This document shows, in pieces, positions 49,688-61,337 of a stretch of DNA of 64,000 nt. The notes below the pieces were generated by a model that did no database searches, had not been told where the DNA came from, and was given only the letters and a program-made list of their open reading frames with translations. Each line of letters opens with the position of its first letter. Position 1 is the first letter of the stretch. The DNA comes from Pelomyxa schiedti (lineage: Eukaryota > Protista > Evosea): contig JAHLWZ010000854.1 in assembly GCA_020536535.1 (NCBI GenBank), positions 8,444 to 72,443 on the forward strand, written 5' to 3'. The position numbers and the translations under genes were made by a program.

Positions 49688-52600
49688 ATGTCTGACGATG
49701 GAGGTGAGCCCACGAGCGTACGAGCAGTAGTCGACAGCATCAACGAGTCGTTGGCAAACAGCATACCGTCACTGGTATTGATGCTCATCACTCTGCAGGA
49801 ACAAAACAAACCCCCTCCTCAAGAATTGACTGAAGTCGTGGTAAGTTGAGTGTGTTTTTCAATATATATATAAAAAAAAAAAGCACAACAATGCACTGTA
49901 GTTACGTGTTACTTGGCTTTGGTTTTTTTGTTTTTTTTTATTTTTATTTTTTGTTTTTTTTGTTTCGACTCTCTTCTTATTCATTGAGTAGCAAGGTGTT
50001 TCTGGTGCTGCAAAAGTTCTGGCTGATGTGGCGCTTGGGCTGGCCAATGAACAATACGGGGACTACCCTGATATTCAAAAGGAAATTATTGACGCTGCTT
50101 CAAGTATATTTCCTTTTTTTTTTTTTTTTTGGTCAATACACTTTCTCACTCTGTTACCCATTTAAGGTGTTTCTCGATGTGTGGAACAACTCAATCAGTC
50201 AGTCGTCCACTTGAAAGGTGGCAACATAAAGGCAGGATATTCTATTTTGATGGATTCCTGCAAAGTAATTGCTGGGGAGTGTATCAATCTTTTAGCTATA
50301 GTTTATGGAGCAGCTTTCAAAAAGTAAATCCTTTTTCCCTTACTATGTAATAACAACTGTTGTTCCATTTCAGAACACTCTATGACGCAAAGAAAGCTCA
50401 AGCTAGTGCTTCTCTGATTGACGCAAGTAAGGCACCTACCGATCCTCAGAACTTCGCAGATAAGGTTCTTTTTCTGCGTAACTACTTCCGTTCCTTACTT
50501 TGAACAGGTAAGTGACTTAGCCAGTCGGGCTGGAGAAGTGGCACAGCAACTGAAAGATGAGATGGCTGACGAACCAAGCGAGATCCGCAAGCAACAGCTC
50601 GCAGAGGCCGCAGCAAAACTGGAGCATTTAAGTGATGGTGTTATCGAGCAGTGCAACAACTACTTGGGCGATTTGGACAATGCCACTGCCTGTGAGAACT
50701 TTAATTCTGAACTGGACAACTTAACGAAAGCTCTAGCAAAGTAGTCCTGTCACGTTTTTCCCCTATTATTTACTCTATGACAGTGCCCAAGTGCCTGTCC
50801 TGGAGGCCCAAATTGAAATACAAGAGCAAACAAATGCTAAATCCGTTGAGACGGTTACTCCACCACCTGTCAGTGTTGCTACAGAAACGCCATCAGCAAT
50901 GCCGCATCAAGCACAGTCTGTTCCTGCTTAGTGGGTCTTTATGTTTTCTTTCCTTCTCCTTATGTGGTACAGCTCTGCGGAAGATACCCTTGACCAGCTA
51001 TTGGGAAATCAATCAAAAGATATCGATTGCTTGTTGGACGCTCTGAGAGATTCCGATCCTGAGGTTTCCTTTCTTTTTTCGCAGCTTCTCTAACAGCTGA
51101 ACAGGCCACAGTAGCTGTTCTCAAGAAGATGAATGAACGTAACAAAGCGATGTTGAACAGTGCTCGAGAGGAAGTTGCCGTGTGCAAAAATCCAGCAAAG
51201 GGCAAAGAGGCAACCGTTATTGCCAATAATATTGAAGCTCTTTTCCCTACGATTTTGCAAGCTGTCCGAACTGCACTTACTGAACCAAGTACTCACACTC
51301 CCCTCTTCAGCTCTTTTTTTAATTCTCCTCGACTAATATTAACTGTTTATTCTCTTAAACAAAAAGCCAATGCGGCTGCCAAGAAGCCTGTAGAAAGCAA
51401 GTGTGCCGAAATGAAAACGGCGATAAATGCCTTGGCTGATGCTATCGATCATGCCAAGCATGACCCTGCAAAACCTGCACCTCCCCCTCAGTCACACTGG
51501 GAGTCAGTCCCAGCCGCCCCCGACGTTAAATCAGAGTACCTTTTTAATACATTGCCTATGCATTAAATCTAGCTCCAGGCAAGCCGTAATTGCAGATCAC
51601 CTCAAGAAAGACTGTGAAGATATTGTAGAGGCAGCCCGTACGAAAAATAAACCTGTAAGTAGATGTTATTGTCCTTACAAACCTAATCCAATCAAGGCGG
51701 AAGAAAAAGCTCTGGAGCAAGCTAAGCAAGATCAAGCGGAACTTGCACGAGTCTGCAAGAATGCGGCCGCACATACCAGAGATGCACAGGCGAAGGACGA
51801 GATGGAGGTTCAAAAGCACCTAAGCCACCAATTTACTAATCCCCTCTAGACTGCCCTCCACGCAGAACAAGACCTTGCCTTCCCTAAGCTTAAAGAAAAA
51901 GTTCAAGCTCACATTGCCTCTCCCAGTGAAGCGAACATGGCACAACTTACAGAAGCAGCGAAGTCTGTTATAGCTTCAGCCCATAATGTTGCAGAAGCAT
52001 CCTCGAAAACTCCAGCAGATACTATGTACGAAAGTGCTAAAGAGGCCAAGAAGGCACTAAATGATGTCAAGAAAGCAGCAAACAATGGGGTAGGCTCCTT
52101 TTTGTTTCTTTTCCTTCTCATTGATTTGGTTTCCAGAACGTACCCGAAACTCAAAGTGCTGTCCTTAATGCAAAGAGAGAACTCAATGATTTTGTAGACC
52201 GGTCTATTCAAGTTGCAAAAAGGCTTCGAAACCCGCAAGTAAGCTCCCTTTGTACGCTTTTGGCCCACCTTTCACTCTTTAAAGGCACAAGCTGCTAGCC
52301 GAGTTGAGGTTCATGAGTTGGAAGCTTTACTGCCGGAGTTGTCTTCCAACTGTGACCGTTTTGCAAATGATCCAACAAACCCACAGACACACAATGACCT
52401 CATTGACACAACAGACAAAATTGAGGTTATTACGTGCCCTTCCCACAACCATACCAACTGGAATACTAGAGAAAAATGGAGAGCTTGAAGGCAACAACAA
52501 AGGCAAATCCAATTCACCTTGCTAAACAAACATCTGCGGATCTTGGTGACCTTGAAGTTTGTTGCTGTTTTTACTGCCCTCACCAAACAAACTCCTTCTT

Positions 52601-55600
52601 AAGGCTGCTATCGCCTGCAAAGATAAAAAGGAAGTAGCAAAATACGCGAAAAAACTTGTTGACCACAGTGGAAAGCTTGTTGATGAGATTCAAAATCAGG
52701 CGCAAGTAGCTACTGGCCCATCTGCTGCTGCATTGCAGGTTAGTCCCCTCACTCTACTTGCCTGGAAATTGAAAGGCTTACGCAATGCAGAAAATTTCCA
52801 ATGACATCACCAATGCAGTGCCTGCACTGATCAAAGCTGCCGACCAAGTGTGTTATGCTAATGTACTACTTTTGTGTAATCTCTTTAAGGTTTCTCGTGG
52901 GATCCCGTCTAATACTGACCAAACAGCACAAGTGTTACACAGTGCTCTAAATAACGTTGCTGACTCTGTCGATAATGATGGGGCTCCCACGTTCTGGATG
53001 GTTTGTTTCACTTCTGAACAACCTGTCCCTAAAACCCTTATTTTCCAACTCAAAAAGTCCCCTCCAGCTGCAGATGAAGATACACTTGACCTTCTTGGGG
53101 ATGCCGAGTCTGCTCTCGATGACCTTATTAATGCCGCCCGTGGTGCTCCAAGAAAACCTGGAGGTGAAGTTGATCCGACTCAGGTGCAGGAGAAGCTGCC
53201 GGAAGTCATTTCTCACTTAGAGGAAGTTGCCCAAGCAATTCAACTTCCGGCTGAGGAAGAAGTTTATGTCCAAGGAAAAGTGTTACAGGACCTTTATAAA
53301 AACATGGAGCAGGCTGCAATAGCCAAGGATCCCTCTGTAAGATTTCCTTCCATTTTAAGCACAAGTAATATTTTCAGAGCATTGTGGCTATTGCGAAAGA
53401 ACTGGCGGAGAATCAACCTAAATTCCTTGCCGCTGTCAAACATTGTGGTGATAGTTCACCAGCAGAGGCAGCCAAAATGACGAAAATGGCCGAGTCACTT
53501 GATGGACACTTGAAGGCTTCAATAGAAAGTAATAATCCCTTCAAAATGCTTTCACTCTTGCACTAAAAACCTGCTTTAGATTGCAAGGCTTGCCTGGCTG
53601 ACCCAAGTGAGGCCAATAAAGCACGTGTTAAAAAAGCAGCCCATGATGCAGAAAATGCAATTCAAATTGTCCTTGACACGGCTACACCCGAAGCGGAGGT
53701 TGCCCTTCAAAATGCAATGGAGGATGCAAGGAAAGCTCTTGCTGAACTTCAGAGAGCGAAACTCTCCAAAGACCCCGCGGCAGTATGTACTTCAGTTTCA
53801 TTTACTATAACTAACTCGTAAAACAGCTCGCTGCCGCAGAAGATCACCTTCAAGAGGCGATAAGAGCAGTAATGGCTCGTGCAGAGATGCTGAAACGGGC
53901 AGGCGGACCCGGCGCTTCTGCTGGACGCAGAAAAATAGCTGATGCACTTAAGGCTCTGAACAATTTGTTGCCTCTACTGCTTGCTGCATCAACCAACATG
54001 AAAAAAGACTTCAATGACCCACGGGCTGAAGCAGGTCTGTTTCTGTGTGAAGTCTGTAAAACTTATTCCCCCCACAGAAGTTGTGAAGGCAATGAATGAA
54101 ACAGACAGGGCACTGAAAGACTTGGAGGATCTCCTTAATTCTTTGCCTTTATCTAATATTGCAAAAGAGGTTGTCATGGTTCCTACGTAGTTGATTCCTT
54201 ACCCTCATTTATAGAAAGACGTCCTGAAAGAGATTTCGCATAACGTAGCCAAGAATGATGCCCCAGTTACGATAACTCTTATGCATAAAACAATCTCATT
54301 TCGAAAATTAGGCAGCGGTTGCCGCTGTTAAAGACTTAGCGGCAATGCAAGCCAAAGTTATCCAATCCGCAAGAGCAGCCATAGCAGAGAGGCCTGCTGA
54401 TTTTACTCCTGCACAGACTGCTAAAGTAGAAGAAGCAACAAGACAGTTGGAGGCACAGCTGCCGACTCACATCAATGCCGTGAAAGACGCACTCAGGGGC
54501 AATACAGCAGGTTCTTATTTTCCTCCATCTATTAAAACGTAATATAATCCAGAGGCTGTTGAACGGGTGCAAAAGAGTGAGGAGGTCTTCCAAGCTGCCT
54601 TGGACTCGTTGAAGGAGGCGTTCATTGACCCTGCTGTTGCTCAACAAACTCAAGCTGTTGCAGGTGCTAAGAAACATGCCGTAGAGTTTTGCGAGGCAGT
54701 TGGTTGTTCCCTTTTCTAAAATTATCCCTCTAACAAAAAACCCAGGAACTCAAAATGTCCCTGTTGTGAAGATGTCTGTTGCAGCTCTTCGCCAAGACGT
54801 GGCTGGCCTGAAAGCCAAACTCATGGGGTCACCTGGTTTCCCTTCTGTTTGTTTTTACCTTTCTTATTTGGTTGTTCTAGCCTCCCCTGCATCCTCTTTT
54901 GTCCAGCACCTTGACGACTTGGTTGGACAAGCCGAAGCAATGACAGCCAAGCCAATTGACCCAGTGGCACTTGGCAATATTGCAGAGCAGATTAAGGCAA
55001 ATTGTTTTAGTCTCACAATCACTTCTAATGCAGTTATTAGGATACCACTCAGAAGATAAATGACATGACAGAAGCTCCTCGAGTTAGTCCTGCTGCAGAT
55101 GTAAAAGCCAAGGCACGCACTGTTGTCTCTGCTGCCAAACGAGCAGCTGCCCACAAAAAACCCGATCTGACTGGACTTCTCGATGCCAGCAAATCACTTG
55201 CCAACGCCATGGGTTCTCTGGCTGCCAACTCCAGATCAACAGCACGGTCTGGGGTCGATGGAACAACAAATCAGCGTGCACTTGCTGCAATGGCATTGGA
55301 TGACCTGCTTGCTGGCCTCGAAACGCCAACAACCACTGCCGCAGCTCCCGCGCCTGCTCCAGCTACAACGGTCAATATTGCCGATCTTCTTAGAGACATC
55401 GAGGTACCCGAACCAAAACCAGCAGCCAAGCCTGCCCCTGCCAAAACAGCAGCAGCTCGCCCAGCCGCGGCTCAGGCCCCACCTAAAACTCTTGGAGGTA
55501 AGTTGTTGATACTTCTGTTCCCAATGCTTATCATTGTCCAACAGCGGCCATTCATGAGGTTGCTAATAACATTGCTACTTCTGTTGCCCCCACAAAGCCT

Positions 55601-56142
55601 GGAACAAAGGATATTGTTTCTGGGACCAAGCTTGATCCCACGTCTCTGGTTGAGCAAATGCGAAAAATGGCTGAAGTATGTAACCTCAACTCAAATCAGC
55701 AGTTAATGCGAAAATAGGCCGCAGCAGCCGGAAACAGACAGCAGTTGCTTCTTACAGGAAGAAGCATTGCAGCCTGCATCAACACCCTACACGCCGAGTT
55801 GATGGCACAGGCCAAGAAAATCAAGGACCCCAGAATGCAGGTAATTTGGATTCGCTGGATTCTCTCAATCTCTGAAATCACATTCTCAGGACACCATCAC
55901 TCGATCAGCTCAAGCCATCAAGAACTTCAGCATACAACTCAAAATTCTCAGCACAGTGAAGGCCGCATCCAGTGGTGACAGCCCCGATACTGACGAACAG
56001 ATTGCCTCAGTCACCAAGTAACTTTTCCCCTGCCCTAATTTCCTCCATACTCACCCCTCTTTTTAGGTCACTTGGCCAGGCCCTCAACAACGGACTTGGA
56101 GCAATACAAAACGCCGCGAAATCTGGCCAACTTCGCCTGTGA
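49688..56142 (+). CDS. Large vinculin/alpha-catenin-family protein, many exons
   Basis: Vinculin-like head TSVRAVVDSINESLANSIPSLVLML, Ala-rich helical bundles, a Pro-rich linker, and tail AIKNFSIQLKILSTVKA..DEQIAS. Confidence 0.8.
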
Positions 56143-56576
56143 TGCTGAGCTCTGAGCTGTATTCTTATTCTTAGTACAAAACAAACCGATACGAGCCAAC
56201 ACGGAAAAAATAATAAGCACCCGGCATAACTATCTTCGTCTTTGTCTTTTTTTTGGTTCTTTGGTGAATTCATTCCCGGAAGTGGAGTTTGACCACTGCC
56301 AATGCCATTTGGCGGAATAAAAAAAACACCAGACCGGCGATCCTGAGCGACGATAACGAAAATGACAGCGTTCCGGTCTGTTGATTATTTTATTCAGCCA
56401 TTTGGGCTTTCTGGAAACTTCCACCTTTTAGGGAACGAGCCGGGAATTAACTTATTTGCAGGCGATTCAAAAACTTGGGGAAAAAGCCACAAAAATCACA
56501 ACAAAATAAAAAACCGTAACGAACGACGACGCGAAGATCTTGACGATCCCCCGTTTGTGCGATAACGAAACGAACA

Positions 56577-57788
56577 ATGTCCGCAAGTGATAGTGCACAG
56601 GAGATTCTCACTATGGCGACTACAACGAGTAGTTCAGTCGCTACGACTTCGACATCACATCCGCACCACAAACACTCCTCTAGAGGAAGTCATTCGACTG
56701 CCGATGATTCTGAAGACAGCTCGAGAGAGAACGACGACACCATTGTCGCTCCTCCTGTTGTTCCTAGTGTGCACCATTCATACTTGCTTTTTTGAGTAAC
56801 AACATGCCGACCAGGTATCCCACTTACTGTAAACTTTTCCGTGCCACTTTTCCCTGGTGGGGAACTCCTACGGAAGGTACAGCTCTTCTCACTTTTGTTA
56901 CGGACCTAACGTTACGAGGTCAATGTCATCTCAATGGACGGAAACCCTCAAACTTGGTGCATCTTGCAGGGTCCAGAATTTAAAGTTCATTCTCCTTTCT
57001 CCGTTTTCTCCCCATAACTCGCATCAGGTCAGAACCCTCAAGTATCTTTCTTCTCGGAAAAAAGCTCCGTCAGATTTGGCGGGCCTTAACGTTTTTGCAA
57101 TTGATCTAGTGCGTTGTAAAAGGCGCATTGATCACATTGCCACACACCCCTCTAATCCATTACGAGCACTGCTAAATTCCCCAACCTGTCCGCAAATATT
57201 CATTTTCAACCATCAAGTAATGATGGATAGCATGTACCTGCACCTATTAATATACGCCACACTTCCTGATGTGAGAAGATTGAGCGATAAAGCGTTTGTC
57301 TCCCACTCTCAGAAACACGCGAAATATAAATTAACGATCATGATAGGAATCTTTTACTACAGCAGTTTCAATCTTCTGAAATGAGTGATGCCACTCGTAA
57401 TTCAATACTAAAGATAATACCAAGTGTTGTAGTTGGACCTTGGCTTGCCAAAAAGGCTGTTGGAAACAAACCAGCACTTGTTGGTACAAAGCTTTCCTGC
57501 AAGTGAGCTTCCGACCCATTTTAGCCTCCAACTAAAATACGTAACTAAAGGTATTTCCGCGGACCCAAATACTTCGAAATTTGTATGGACGTGGGTTCTA
57601 CTTCCGTTGGCACTGCCATTATCAGTGTCATAAACAAGTACGTCAAATCACTTGTTGTGGACATTGCATTTTTGTTGGAGGGCAAATCGGAAGCACAACT
57701 CCCAGAGCAACTCCTAGCAGGGATCAGACTCTTTCATTGCGATTTGGAATTCCTAATGAAGGAGGTCCCTCTATGGGATCCGCTATAA
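56577..57788 (+). CDS. EDR2 C-terminal (DUF1336) domain protein
   Basis: VRTLKYLSSRKKAPS, IDLVRCKRRIDHIA, YFRGPKYFEICMDVGS and LVVDIAFLLEGKSEAQLPEQLLAGIRL. Confidence 0.85.
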
Positions 57789-58128
57789 CTGTGCCGTACT
57801 ACATACATGCCACCATCACCAAGTGAATTTCTCTTGCATTGTACAAACAAAAACAACCTAACTTTTGCATGTGATTTTGCATCTCCAAAAAGCAGCGTTT
57901 GTTGTGTAGCCCTTTCCCTACGCGAAAAAACCACATTTCGTTGACCTACGAATTCTTCCGTTGCGTTCGAGAAGGGGTATTTTTAACCCCTGAGGAGAGA
58001 CTCACGGCACAACTGCGGAAAAAGATCATCTCATTTAAGAAAAGCACAAAACCGAATCATTTTTACACAAAAACAACACACCTACCCCCAAACAACAACA
58101 ACAACAAAAGTCAACCGTCGTCCCTACG

Positions 58129-59006
58129 ATGCAACCAAACACAGCACAGCCCGGCATGCAGCCACAACCAGGGATGCAGATGCAGCCCGGCATGCAACAG
58201 CAGCCAGGGATGTACGGCCAACCTCAGCCGGGGATGTACGGCCAGCCAGGGATGCAACAGCCGGGCATGCAGCCAGGAATGCAGCCGGGGATGTACGGCC
58301 AGCCAGGGATGCAACAACCAGGCATGTACGGCCAGCCGGGGATGTACGGCCAACCAGGACAGCCGGGGATGCAACAACCAGGCATGCAGCCCGGGATGCA
58401 GCCAGGCATGCAGTCGGGAATGCAACAACCAGGAATGCAGCCAGGGATGTACGGCCAACCAGGACAACCAGGCATGCAGCCAGGAATGATGGGCCAACCA
58501 CAGCCAGGAATGATGCCAGGGATGCAGCCTGGTATGCAGCCTGGGATGTACGGCCAGCCTGGGCAACCCGGAATGATGCCAGGACAGCCAGGGATGATGC
58601 CCGGTCAACCAGGAATGCAGCCTGGTATGCAGCCGGGGATGTACGGCCAGCCAGGAATGATGCCGGGTCAGCCAGGGATGATGCCAGGCCAGCCTGGAAT
58701 GCAGCCCGGAATGCACGGCCAACCACAACCGGGAATGATGCCGGGAATGCAGCCAGGCATGCAGCCCGGAATGATGCCACCCGTGTGTATTTTTTGACTT
58801 GTCTACTTACCTTCTAACTTTTTCAATAATTTCACAGCCACACGGCACAACAACTGCTCCAGCTGATGGTATGTGGCCCGCCTTTGCATTTCTTCCTTTT
58901 GTTAATTCCTTTTCTAGGCCACAAGAAGAAGAAGGACAAAAAGGATAAGAAGGACAAGAAAGACAAGAAGGATAAGAAAGATAAGAAGCACAAGGACAAG
59001 CACTAA
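58129..59006 (+). CDS. Gln/Pro/Gly/Met repeat (QPGM) low-complexity protein with basic (KKD)n tail; 3 exons
   Basis: Exons 58129-58782, 58838-58868 and 58918-59006 splice in frame to ...[32 protein letters not shown]. Confidence 0.8.
58147..58779 (+). repeat. Coding tandem repeat ([17 protein letters not shown] units)
   Basis: carccngg(n)atg units with variation mostly at third codon positions of the + frame. Confidence 0.9.
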
Positions 59007-59095
59007 GCCAGTGTTCTCTATGTTCCCAGTCCAGGAAAAAAAAAAAAGAAAGAACAAATTGGGGTAAAATAAAAGTTTTTGCGTGCATCTTTTAT

Positions 59096-60876
59096 TTAGT
59101 CTTTCTTCTTTTTTGGTGTTGGAAAGTCATCCTCTTTGCACTTCAGTACATTTTGCGCAAGCCAGGAAAACCAGTTTTCAGTCCTGCGCCTTTTTGGTGC
59201 GGCTTCACCGCTCTCTGAGGTTCCGTCGTTTCCGGTTGTCTGCAACCGTTTAGCAGGCAGAGCAGGGGGCAAGTTAAGCACAATCCACGATGGCAATTGA
59301 AGCACTAGTTCATGATGAGAAGAGTTCTAAAAGAAGGAAGTTACGTAAAGTGATTTGCTGGAGCAATGCTGGCTCTGTGCGACTTTCATAGGATGACAGC
59401 AGGTAAGAAACAAGTGTTTGGTACTGTTCCAGAAGTGTACTGTATATCGCTACAAGTCTTGACCGCATGCAAAGTAAACTGTAAAAAAGCTTAGCTCCTT
59501 GCAAAAAGAAAGAGTCCAACAACTTTGGCAGAGAAGAGTACGTCATAAATCTAGGTTTACTGATCTGCAGTTGTGACACTTTCGAAGGAAAAAGTGGTGG
59601 GACTTCCACTACGATCTTAGAACCAACTAGAATATTTAAGACTGTACTTATACGCCGCCGATTCGTGCCGCACATCTCACAACTGTTAGGATAATTCAAA
59701 CCATGAGATTGCTTACTGTATGAAGGATATCCCTTGAGACTTGGTTGCCTGAGAGGGCGTGAAGGACTTTAACACTAAGGCTGCGAAGACTGCGTGCAGG
59801 TTCTTCCGCGCCTTCACAGAGACCTAGTGTCGAGTCATAACTAAAAAGAAAACAAGTAGTGTTTTCACACCTGACTCGAGGAAGTTTACAATGTCAATTG
59901 AGATGATCCTTCCATAAGCTTCCCCTATCTCAACCAGATCAGCTACAGTCTTTTTGTGATCATTAATTTCTTTGGATTCCCAGTCCACTCTCGGACTTCC
60001 GGTTTGTCCTATGCTCTGCACATTCAACAGTTCCAAGACGGAATCTACTGGCGTTGTATGAGGAGGGCTTCCCCTCGCTTGCTCAGGGATTGGCAATTTC
60101 TCTGAATTGGCAGTTACTTGGGCGAGAACAGGCAATATGCCTGGATCCTGCACCACTTCTGGAGCGGGAATGGCATTCGTTGGTGGTACAGTTAAACAGG
60201 GCACTAGCGTGGATTGCTCAATCTCATTGGTACGCTTCCTTTCTGGGGATCTTGCTTGTTCAAGACTTAGCAAAGCAGGGCATAAGCGCACAGAAGTAAA
60301 ATCTCCTTCGCCACCCTAAAAATTACAATTAAGGATTAACACTGCAATAAGTACCGTCGCATTTATTATTCTCTAAAGTTTTAATAAGGCGTGATCTCGT
60401 TATCTGTAGAGTTACTTATATATTTCTAGCAATTTTCGATCACGAACCTGTGATTGAAGCAAACACAACGACCTCTGATCACGGAAAGCAGCCGAGCCCG
60501 AGATTGGATTCGTAGTCGTGATCAAAGTAGTACTCGTACTCGTACTCGTACTCGTAGTCTTGGTCTTTGCCTTGGACTTGGTTGTTCCTGTCGTTTTGGC
60601 TTTGGCGGTCTTGGCCTTGCTGCGTTTCTTTGCGTGATTATGGGTGTGACCGTGCTTGTGCTTGTGATTGTGATGGTGCTTCCTTTCTTCTGTGCCCGTG
60701 GTGCCGACACTGCCAAGTTGGTTCGGGGTGGGGGAGGACGACGACGACGGCGCCGAGCACGAGAGGGGCACGAGGGGCGTTGAGTACGTAGTAGTAGTAG
60801 TAGTAGCCGATGACGATGATGCAAGCGTGGTGGTGGGCTGAGATATTGGGATGGGGTTTGGGTCGTCACTAGACAT
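59096..60876 (-). CDS. Hypothetical protein with Ser/Thr/His/Lys-rich N-terminus, multi-exon
   Basis: Consecutive minus-strand ORFs bounded by GT-AG sites, with an NLS-like PKRRR and KKKKD end. No family recognised with confidence. Confidence 0.6.
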
Positions 60877-61337
60877 GGGTGGTTGTTGTCAGTTGTTGAG
60901 TTACAGGCCTTGGTTGTGGGGGTTTTTTTTTTTGTTGTTTAGAATGTTGTTGAAGCCCCGTTGTTTTTCAGTTGGTATTTATGGGGTCTCGACAAGGAAA
61001 TTTTTCGTAAGTCAAAAAAGACATACTGCTGCTATAATGCTGACTGATTTGTTTCATGCGAGTGCGATTTCAAATGGAAGCCGTGACTCGTTGGGGGTTA
61101 CGCGCACGTAACCCCAGCAACAGTAGGCATGTCTCGACATATACCCCAATTGGGCGAGAAACACTGGTGGTTGGTGACTCCTTATTAGGTCGCGTGTTAC
61201 AACTGAATCCCGCTCGGCACGACGCACAGCTCCGCGGGGCGGCTTTTCGTGATCAAAATTTCTCACTTTCTTCTCATCACAGCCGAAAAGCAATTTCGGA
61301 TTTTCGAACCCCGGACAAGACAGACTTGCTCACAGAA

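Noticed and set aside
58111-58780. His/Trp/Leu-rich and Ala-rich minus-strand ORFs
   Set aside because: They are antisense shadows of the QPGM repeat; wobble variation fits the + frame.
59310-59560. Weak resemblance to NEPRO/DUF4477
   Set aside because: It rests only on a short F..L..MRSRL pattern, too little to assign without an HMM search.
60527-60556. (GTACTC)n tandem repeat
   Set aside because: It is a simple coding repeat giving TSTSTS in a low-complexity N-terminus.
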